Origin: a virus
Taxonomy: Duplodnaviria; Caudoviricetes
IMG/VR virus record: IMGVR_UViG_3300049198_000021
Span: 1-64,000 of that record
Direction: 5' to 3' (one strand)
Length of the DNA stretch: 64,000 nucleotides
Each line of letters begins with the position of its first letter. Position 1 is the first letter of the stretch. The notes under the pieces were generated by a model. It was given only the letters and a program-made list of their open reading frames with translations, made no database searches and was not told where the DNA came from. The position numbers and the translations under genes are program-made. This document shows, one piece after another, positions 1-7,300 of the stretch.

Positions 1-77
1 GGGAAGATTTGCTCCCGATCGGGATCAGAACGACCAGAAACTTCCCGATCGGGAAGATATGCTCCCGAGCGGGATCA
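1..77. repeat. 50-bp-period direct repeat with TCCCGATCGGGA palindromes (probably continues upstream of the window)
   Basis: GGGAAGATTTGCTCCCGATCGGGATCA at 1-27 and GGGAAGATATGCTCCCGAGCGGGATCA at 51-77; CTTCCCGATCGGGAAG at 41-56. Confidence 0.75.
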
Positions 78-106
78 AAAAAAAACACCGACATTGAAAA
101 TAAGTG

Positions 107-135
107 TTGACTCCTGTAGGTTCCTTCCATATACT
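107..135 (+). promoter_or_regulatory. sigma70 promoter for the tRNA cluster
   Basis: TTGACT-17 nt-TATACT with an A-rich UP region. Confidence 0.75.
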
Positions 136-260
136 TCGCAGCATGTTCACACAGACCGCCTTGCAATGCCTTACGGGCACCACGCTATATTGGCATAGCC
201 AGTATAGTTCCCTGTCACCCCTCTAGGGAGCAGCCCTGACGCGCTGCTCCCTCTTCAAGA

Positions 261-358
261 GGAGCGGTGGCAGAGTCTGGGTTATTGCGGCGGTCTCGAA
301 AACCGTTGAACCATCGAGAGATGTTGTTCCGTGGGTTCAAATCCCACTCGCTCCTCCA
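261..358 (+). tRNA. tRNA-Ser(CGA)
   Basis: GGAGCGG/TCGCTCC acceptor, GCGGT-CTCGAAA-ACCGT anticodon arm, long variable arm, TTCAAAT loop, encoded CCA. Confidence 0.9.
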
Positions 359-369
359 GCAGATTTCAT

Positions 370-404
370 GAGCGTCAGAGCCCTCCGGGTTCTGACGCTC
401 TTTT
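370..404 (+). terminator. intrinsic terminator-like hairpin
   Basis: GAGCGTCAGAGCCC-TCC-GGGTTCTGACGCTC followed by TTTT. Confidence 0.7.
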
Positions 405-422
405 CGTTTCATTACAAGTTTC

Positions 423-515
423 GGGTGATCTTCCCCCTGCCGGCCTGTAACCCCGGTGCCGTTTCAGAACGTGGGGGACGGATGGCGAGAGGTTCGAGTC
501 CTCGGTCACCCACCA
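423..515 (+). ncRNA. tRNA-like RNA (8-bp acceptor/4-bp T stem, no D arm, GTA loop)
   Basis: GGGTGATC/GGTCACCC-A-CCA; GAGG-TTCGAGT-CCTC; GCCGG-CCTGTAACC-CCGGT. Confidence 0.65.
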
Positions 516-559
516 TTTTAGGAGAATACCTGTGGATACAGGAGCTTAACAAGAGTTAC

Positions 560-643
560 GTGAGCGTGGCTTCATAGGGAATGGCACACCTTGCCGGCTC
601 AGACCCGGTAGCTTTGGGAGTTCGAGTCTCCCCGCTCACACCA
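560..643 (+). tRNA. atypical tRNA-Leu(CAG)
   Basis: GTGAGCG/CGCTCAC-A-CCA; GCCGG-CTCAGAC-CCGGT; GGGAG-TTCGAGT-CTCCC; expanded 8-9 connector and short variable region. Confidence 0.7.
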
Positions 644-651
644 ACTTAAAT

Positions 652-733
652 CCGCGAATGGCGAAATGGTAAACGCAGCGTCTTGAGAGGGCGTGGCTTT
701 GGCTTCTGGGTTCAAGTCCCAGTTCGCGGACCA
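652..733 (+). tRNA. tRNA-Leu(GAG)
   Basis: CCGCGAA/TTCGCGG-A-CCA; GCGTC-TTGAGAG-GGCGT; variable arm. Confidence 0.9.
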
Positions 734-747
734 ACACAACAAGCCAT

Positions 748-832
748 GGGTGCGTGGCGACAGGGGAATTGGTAGACTCACCGGACTTAAAATTCGGCCG
801 CTTTGTGGGTTCGAGTCCCACCGCACCCACCA
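748..832 (+). tRNA. atypical tRNA-Leu(TAA)
   Basis: GGGTGCG/CGCACCC-A-CCA; CCGGA-CTTAAAA-TTCGG; expanded connector and short variable region. Confidence 0.75.
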
Positions 833-866
833 GATTATTACGCATCTCAGATGCGAGAAGTTCAAT

Positions 867-940
867 GCCGGTTTAGCTCAGTGGTAGAGCAGCGCCTTTG
901 TAACGCGAAGACGGGGGTTCGATTCCCCAATCCGGCTCCA
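867..940 (+). tRNA. tRNA-Thr(TGT)
   Basis: canonical D arm GCTCAGTGGTAGAGC, loop TTTGTAA, TTCGATT, CCA. Confidence 0.85.
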
Positions 941-962
941 GTTAATGTTCCACGGTTTAGGT

Positions 963-1036
963 GTGGCCGAGGCAGAGATGGATGATGCGCCGGCTTGTGA
1001 TGCCGGAGATGGCGGGTTCAAATCCCGCCGGTCACC
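963..1036 (+). tRNA. tRNA-His(GTG), no encoded G-1 or CCA
   Basis: GTGGCCG/CGGTCAC-C; CCGGC-TTGTGAT-GCCGG; GCGGG-TTCAAAT-CCCGC. Confidence 0.85.
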
Positions 1037-1054
1037 CCTAAGCCGTGGAACAAT

Positions 1055-1129
1055 TGCCCGATCGACTAATTGGCAAGTCGCTCGACTCTGAATCCTGAAA
1101 TGTAGGTTCGACCCCTGCTCGGGCATCCA
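1055..1129 (+). tRNA. tRNA-Gln(CTG)
   Basis: TGCCCGA/TCGGGCA-T-CCA; loop CTCTGAA. Confidence 0.85.
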
Positions 1130-1179
1130 ATTATGGAGTTAGTTATGGAAGTTCTTGACGAACAAACTGACCAACCTGA

Positions 1180-1253
1180 TGCCCCTTCGGCTAATGGTAA
1201 GTCAGCGCCCTTTGAAGGCGAAGACGTTGGTTCGATCCCAACAGGGGCATCCA
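1180..1253 (+). tRNA. tRNA-Gln(TTG)
   Basis: TGCCCCT/AGGGGCA-T-CCA; loop CTTTGAA. Confidence 0.9.
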
Positions 1254-1392
1254 AATTAGCGCCGATCCATCGCTGCAAGGTGCAGCGGACCGGCCTGTAT
1301 ACCTTCGTTCTGGTTGAGCCTGATGGCTCCCTGTTCGATGTTGGTGCTGAGATCAATCGCCAGTTCATGGAGGGCGGATGTAACAAGTAAAT

Positions 1393-1468
1393 GCCGTTTG
1401 AGCAAGATGGGACTGCACTCCCTTGGTAGGGGAGAGAAGATTCGGTTCGATTCCGAAAAACGGCTCCA
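1393..1468 (+). tRNA. tRNA-Thr(GGT)
   Basis: GCCGTTT/AAACGGC-T-CCA; CTCCC-TTGGTAG-GGGAG. Confidence 0.85.
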
Positions 1469-1474
1469 ATTAGA

Positions 1475-1562
1475 GGAGGGTGCCGAGGTTGGCTCCTCAA
1501 CTGGCTTGCTAAGCCGGGGTGACCCTTCGGGGTCAGGGGTTCGATGCCTCCACCTTCCTCCA
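1475..1562 (+). tRNA. tRNA-Ser(GCT)
   Basis: GGAGGGT/ACCTTCC-T-CCA; CTGGC-TTGCTAA-GCCGG; variable arm TGACCC-TTCG-GGGTCA. Confidence 0.85.
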
Positions 1563-1569
1563 CAGATCA

Positions 1570-1657
1570 GGAAAGCGCGTGGGTCGGCTCCCTAATCAGC
1601 TTGGAACGCTGTCGTGACCCTTCGGGGTCAGGGGTTCGATGCCCCCGCTTTCCTCCA
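1570..1657 (+). tRNA. tRNA-Ser(GGA)
   Basis: GGAAAGC/GCTTTCC-T-CCA; loop TTGGAAC; variable arm identical to that of Ser(GCT). Confidence 0.85.
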
Positions 1658-1742
1658 CATACGTCGAAGCATATATCCACCCGATAATATATGCTTTGAC
1701 ATATCATGTGAACTGGTTTAGTTCAGATGATATGTCAATCAA

Positions 1743-1828
1743 GCCGCCTTGGCCGAGTCTGGTAAGGCACCCGGTTGCAACCCGGAGGTTCCGAAAGGAC
1801 GCAGGTTCAAATCCTGTGGGCGGCTCCA
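1743..1828 (+). tRNA. tRNA-Cys(GCA) with long variable arm
   Basis: GCCGCCT/GGGCGGC-T-CCA; loop TTGCAAC; extra arm GTTCC-GAAA-GGAC. Confidence 0.85.
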
Positions 1829-1842
1829 GATAATGAGGTGTA

Positions 1843-2178
1843 ATGAACGTAGACGACTTTTATGCTGAGTGCGCTGTGATCCTTGGAGTCCCTCACGAGG
1901 GCGAAGAGTTCACCCACTACAAGCGGACCCGCTGGAACAACCGGCGGCCCGGCCGAGGACGGTTTCCCGGTGCTGGTTTGATCCGCGTGTTCGGCGATGT
2001 CGTCCACATGAATATCCGGTCGCCTGTCATCGTGCAGGTTACCGTCGAAGGTTTGCCCGAGGCGTTGGATTTCCTCCGCGATCGGGTTGGCACTATGGGA
2101 GTGTCGTCTAATGGTAAGACAGCGGATTCCAAACCCGCTGACGTGGGTTCGATTCCTACCTCTCCCGCCACACCCTAA
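1843..2178 (+). CDS. hypothetical protein whose 3' end overlaps tRNA-Trp
   Basis: GAGGTG RBS before ATG; phage-like codon usage in the first ~85 codons. Confidence 0.6.
   Translation: MNVDDFYAECAVILGVPHEGEEFTHYKRTRWNNRRPGRGRFPGAGLIRVFGDVVHMNIRSPVIVQVTVEGLPEALDFLRDRVGTMGVSSNGKTADSKPADVGSIPTSPATP
2097..2170 (+). tRNA. tRNA-Trp(CCA)
   Basis: GGGAGTG/CTCTCCC-G-CCA; loop TTCCAAA; TTCGATT. Confidence 0.9.
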
Positions 2179-2235
2179 ATTTTCAATTGACAATCGTGGG
2201 GTTTTACCTTAACGATGCGTCTCTCAAAAATTTAG

Positions 2236-2826
2236 GTGGAACAACTAATGGAATTTTCTGCTCGCCAGCAAACATTCGGTATCAGCCAGCTACAGCGCTT
2301 GCTTGGTAAGAGTTCGCAAGACGCTGAGCGGTTCGCATCTTACAGCGGCTGGTCCGGGCTCTCCGGGCAGATGGTGACGATTGATGTCGCCGGCGCGCTG
2401 AACATGATGGTTCACTCCACTGCTGCTGACTTCGGTGTCGAACGCAATGTCGTCGGTGCTTGGCTGCCGGGCCTGCGGACCGGGGCGCTTATGGCGCTCG
2501 GTCGGAACGTGGACAACTGGACCTTCAATGGCACCCCCGAAGAGCAGAACCGATTTTTCGCGAGCCTGTTTGGCGAGCAGTCCAAGGTCAACGATTTCGT
2601 CGCCACCACGCTTGGCTGCTATTCCGGCACCGCCAAGCGGCAGATGCGTTTCCACTCGGCTACCGATGTAGAGCTTCTTTCCGAAGCCGAGTTCCAGTCC
2701 GGATACAGTGCGCGGTCGCCTCGGTTCGTGATCGATTCGCGGGCCCTCGCCGATCGTCTGTCGGCCATCCAGCAACCCTTGTTCGTGGCAAGCGTCAAGG
2801 TGGTCTCTTCCTCTCCTTATCTCTGA
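2236..2826 (+). CDS. hypothetical protein
   Basis: 196-aa ORF with an upstream TTGACA promoter (~2188). Confidence 0.65.
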   Translation: MEQLMEFSARQQTFGISQLQRLLGKSSQDAERFASYSGWSGLSGQMVTIDVAGALNMMVHSTAADFGVERNVVGAWLPGLRTGALMALGRNVDNWTFNGTPEEQNRFFASLFGEQSKVNDFVATTLGCYSGTAKRQMRFHSATDVELLSEAEFQSGYSARSPRFVIDSRALADRLSAIQQPLFVASVKVVSSSPYL

Positions 2827-2888
2827 TATTTTTCGGATCGAATAATTTTCAGTTGACAGTGAGGACCGAATCGCTTATCTTCCTCCTC

Positions 2889-3280
2889 GTCAAGTGCTTC
2901 GGCATGAAGACTACGGTCGTAGAAGGCCATCGAAGTTAAGCGAAGACGCGGGGGCAGAGCCCGCCGCCTCCACCAAAGACCCCTGCGGCCGCCTGAAACG
3001 CGGTCAGGGCGACGGCTCGCCGAGATTTAGGACGACGGTCCTGAGTAAGGTAGCGGGGTTCTTTGATGGGGGCGAATTAGGATCGATTCGCAAGGCTGAT
3101 GTGGAGAAGCGCCCCGTTTAGATACCGCTCGTTATGCGGATCAAATTCATCAACTGTCAACGACAATGATGTGGTCGTCGCCCGCGAAGAGATTCGTCTC
3201 GCCGCGTAAGCGACAAAATCCCTAAGGCTTCACTCCCTTAGGTGGCGCGTGGTCCCGAGCGTAGCAACAGTTTCGGGACA
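2889..3280 (+). ncRNA. ssrA: circularly permuted (two-piece) tmRNA, tag (A)VNDNDVVVAREEIRLAA
   Basis: 3' piece first (T arm, CGCCTCC-A-CCA 2965-2975), then 5' end GGGGGCGAA-TTAGGATCGA at 3068 with G3:U70; tag ORF 3156-3209 ending LAA-TAA; promoter TTGACA at 2853; outer ends approximate. Confidence 0.9.
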
Positions 3281-3489
3281 ACATCTTTTTCGCCAACGTC
3301 TCGTCCTACTGTTCTAGGCGGTCGAAAGCGAGGGTCACGGTGAGCGGCCCGGCTGCTATTCTGGTTCGAATCCGGAACGAGAAAGCACCCGGAGGTATCC
3401 GGTCTCTGTGTTCTCAGCCATGGTGGGAAGGCGCGGGCGTCTGGGTTCGAATCCCAGCCTGAACGTCGGGGCGCTGGCGAAAGAGATGT
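3281..3489 (+). ncRNA. structured RNA with ~23-bp closing stem and two T-arm (TTCGAAT) modules; Y RNA/YrlA-like candidate
   Basis: 3281-3303 pairs with 3467-3489; TCTGG-TTCGAAT-CCGGA and CTGGG-TTCGAAT-CCCAG. Confidence 0.6.
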
Positions 3490-3534
3490 GAAAATAGTTC
3501 TTGACGAACCGGACGAATCGTCCTAATGGTTTGT

Positions 3535-3741
3535 CACCGAGTTTATCGGGGATTGTGACCTACAGAGGTCAAAGCATGAGAAGAGATCGCCGGGTGCCCG
3601 GAATGATCTATGACGCTCTTGTGGACGGGTTCAGAGCCCGGCACCCCGCGCAGTTACCGCCGGGAGACGAAGGTCTGTCTCCAACTCGCTGTGAAGCTCC
3701 CGGCAACTAGGCCCGGCTGTCGTGAGATGGCCGGGCCTTTC
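3535..3741 (+). ncRNA. candidate structured ncRNA with its own promoter and terminator
   Basis: repeat-type promoter at 3501; several hairpins; terminator GGCCCGGCTGTC-GTGA-GATGGCCGGGCC-TTT. Confidence 0.45.
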
Positions 3742-3869
3742 GATTCGTGGTGAAATTATTTTGGTCCGTAGCTGTCCGCTCCCGTCCAATGCTTCCGAAG
3801 TGAGACATTCTTGCTTGACATGACCGCGATTCTAGCTTAACCATGGCGCTCTTCTGGAGATAGCGCTAC

Positions 3870-4316
3870 ATGACTACGATCGCTTACCGCTCGGGCCGCT
3901 TGGCTGCCGACACATTGATCTCCTATACCAGTATCACCAACGGCTCTCGCGAGAAAATCGCAAAGTGCGGTCGATTTACCGTCGCACTTGCGGGTCCCGC
4001 TTGGCTTCGCCGGCCGTTGGAAGCTTGGTGCGCTGACAGTTGCCCTGAGGAAGAGGTTCCTCAAGTGCTACTCGATCATGGTAACGACTTCTCGGCCCTG
4101 ATCATCGACAATACCACCGGAGAACTCTTCGAGTTCGACAACGGATACCTTCTTCCCATTTTTGCCGATTACACCGCAATCGGTTCTGGCGCTCTACTTG
4201 CGCTAGGTGCCATGGCTCATGGAGCCACCGCTGAGGAAGCCGTCGCGGCGGCCTCCAAGCATGATAAGAACACAGGCGGCCCGGTGACCAGCCTGTCCTT
4301 TTCCCTCACAGCATAA
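3870..4316 (+). CDS. HslV/proteasome-beta-like N-terminal Thr peptidase
   Basis: MTTIAY..G.LAADT start, AIGSG motif, A.EAV.AA...D..TGG. Confidence 0.8.
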   Translation: MTTIAYRSGRLAADTLISYTSITNGSREKIAKCGRFTVALAGPAWLRRPLEAWCADSCPEEEVPQVLLDHGNDFSALIIDNTTGELFEFDNGYLLPIFADYTAIGSGALLALGAMAHGATAEEAVAAASKHDKNTGGPVTSLSFSLTA

Positions 4317-4324
4317 GGTCACCA

Positions 4325-7300
4325 ATGACCCCCTATACCCAACTCATTCACGACCTGATGGGTCGTGCCTCCGGAGCCGTCACCGTCGAAGCTGCCGACG
4401 GGAGCTATATCACAAGCGATGACCTTCTCGAAGTCGGTGCATTCGCTTCCCATGCTGATGACCCGTGGATCGATCTCGTCACCGACGAAGGCAACGCGAT
4501 CGGTGTGTTCGTGGCCGGTAACCCGGAAGTCGTCGAGCCTCAGCCGTCTTTCGATGTCGATGGCGGTATGATCTATATGATCGATGGCGATCCGATCCCC
4601 GGCATGAAGCAGGGCCTGCATATGTGCCCCCTCAGCGTCTTCATGCACAATGGCAAGCCTGATTTCGATGGCCTCAACTGGTATGAACCAGAAGACCTCG
4701 ACCTTACTACGCCGGGCTCATCGCGCAACATCACCCTCATGACTGGTCGCCGCCGCGACGAAGGCCAAGGCAAGTGGAAAGAGATTTCCAGCACCTTCGG
4801 CCAGTTCGAAACCGTGCTACAAGATCACAAGGAAGGGCAGAAAGACGGTCCCTGCTTCCTGCAAGGAAAGTCGGCCAACGGCGCTCGCAAAGCTGTCGCC
4901 ATGATCGAGAACCACATCCTTGGGGTCGATCTCGATTCGGGCGCTCCCTTGACGGATGTGATGGAGACCATCCAGAAGTATGGTCTGGAAGCCGTCATCT
5001 ACACGACTCACAGCCACCTCAAGGACACCAGTGTCATCAAGCGCGACCACTTCATCAAGTGGAACGAGGAAGGTGAGGTCGATGAAGACGCTGTTCGCGA
5101 TTACCTGATCAAGGTCAAGGGGACCTTGCCTCAGATCGTTGACGATCTGGAGATCATCGACGACGCCCACCACACCGAAGAGGGTGTGGTCATCCTCGTC
5201 AAGCACAAGCCGATGCCCAAGTTCCGGGCGGTGTTCCCGCTCAAGGAAGCGTTCGTATTCGCCAAGCGTGGTGGTTCCCAGAAGGATGCCATCAACGAGT
5301 GGAAGGAGCGCTATGCCGGCTTCTGCTCTGAACTGGGCCTGTTCTTCGACGAGAAGTGCGTCGATCCTGCTCGCTTGTTCTACCTGCCCCGCCACCCGGC
5401 CAAGAGCAAGAATCACGGCTCTTGGTTGGTGGTGGGCGAACCGCTCGATCTCGACAAGTTCGATCGAGTGAAGATGAAGCGCGGTCGGACCGGGAAGCGC
5501 AGCGCTGTCTCCAGCAACGCGTTCACGGACGCGGCTGGCGGCGCTGATTACGACGACGAAGATGACGCCGATCGCTACATCACCTCTTGCGGTTTCAACC
5601 TCAAGGGCTGGTCGATCAAATACGCCAAGCGCTTCGAAGTCCAGACCATGATCGAAGAAGTGGTTGGTGGTGACTTCGTTCGCGAATCCCGTGGCAACAA
5701 GCCGGGCGTCCATGTCGAATGCCCCTTCGAAGCTGAACACTCTAGCTTCGGCGGCGGTGGGACGTTCGTGGTCAATGCATCCGACAACTTGGATGACGGC
5801 TACGATGGCGGGTTCACCTTCACCTGCGTCCACAACTCGTGTTCCGGCCGGGACCGACTCGATTACCTCAAGGAGATGATCGAGCAGGAACTGATCACCG
5901 TTGCTGACCTCAAGAACAAGGACTTCCTCTTCGAACTGGAAGAGGATGAAGAGGAAGAGGACGTTCCCGCTCAGCGCGAGAAGCCGAAGAAGCACACCCA
6001 GCAGACCGACAAGGAACACCGGGAAGAGCATGAGGATCAGATCAACGACGATGACTTCGGCGATGATGAAGACTCGATGCTCAAGGCATTCAACCGGCGC
6101 TATGCGGTGATTCGCACCAGCGGGGGTGTTCGAATCCTCGTGGAGCCCCGGACAGCAGAAGATGATGTCGTCTTCGAAAGCCAGAACGATGTGGCTCTCT
6201 ATGAGAAGAACCGTATCATCTGGGTAACCGAAGGGAAGCAGACCCGCAAGGTCGAGGCGTTCAAGCAATGGCTTGAGTGGGAGAAGCGTCGCACCTATCG
6301 CAACGTCGTGTTCGCGCCGGGCGAGAAGACCCCGAAGGATGTCTACAATCTCTTCCAAGGCTGGCCCTTTGAGGCGGTCCCGACGACATGGGAAAACGTG
6401 CTGGACAACAAGCACGAGCCGGTGGCTGGTGACTGGTCCATGCTGCGTGGTCACATCTACGAGAACATCTGCGAATCGAATGATGCCTATTTCGAATGGC
6501 TGATGACGTGGATCGCCATGCTCTTCCAGAAGCCTCAGGCCAAGCCCGGCTCGACGGTGGTCATCACCGGGAAGAAGGGCACCGGTAAGTCAACGCTGTT
6601 CGACTACATCAACCAGCTTCTCGGTCGGTGTGGGATCACTGTGTCCCAGCGTAAGCAGATCGTCGGGCAGTTCAACGGGCACCTTGCAACCACCTTGCTG
6701 ATGGTCTGCGAAGAAGCCTTCTGGGCGGCTGATCCGCAAGCCGAAGGTGTCCTCAAGGACATGATCACCAACAAGTCGGTGCTGATCGAAAAGAAGGGCT
6801 ACGATCCGATCCAGTCGCAAAACTACACGCGTCTGGCGCTGATCTCGAACAACGAATGGGTCGTCCCGGCCTCGCTCAAGGACGAACGGCGCTTCTTCGT
6901 GCTTCGTTGTTCCGACGCGGTGCAGGGTAACATCCATTTCTTCGAGCAGATGCGCGAGCAGATGGAGAAGAAGGGCGGTCTCGAAGCCATGCTCTACGAT
7001 CTCCTCCACTGGGAACCGGTGGGCGGGACCTTCTCGACCTTGTTCACGCCGCCGGCAACCGCTTACCTCCAGCAGCAGCAGATCGAATCGCTGTCTGGTG
7101 TGCAGAAGTTCATGCTCGAACTGGTCAAGTCTGGGGTCTATGAAACCCATGATGATAAGGTGACGCCGATCGAACTGAACACCGACACCGAGACGACTGT
7201 CTACGCTGTGGACATGCGTGCGGCTGTGGAAGATTACGTCCGGTTCCAGTTCTCCTCGGACAAGGCCAAAACCAGCTACGACGACATCTCGGCCGTGGTC

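Noticed and set aside
560-643. tRNA-Sec or opal suppressor (TCA in the loop)
   Set aside because: The 7-nt loop CTCAGAC centres on CAG, and there is no long acceptor or variable arm of tRNA-Sec.
215-1833. ORFs listed across the tRNA cluster
   Set aside because: They overlap clear tRNA genes or their antisense strand and lack RBS and protein-like features.
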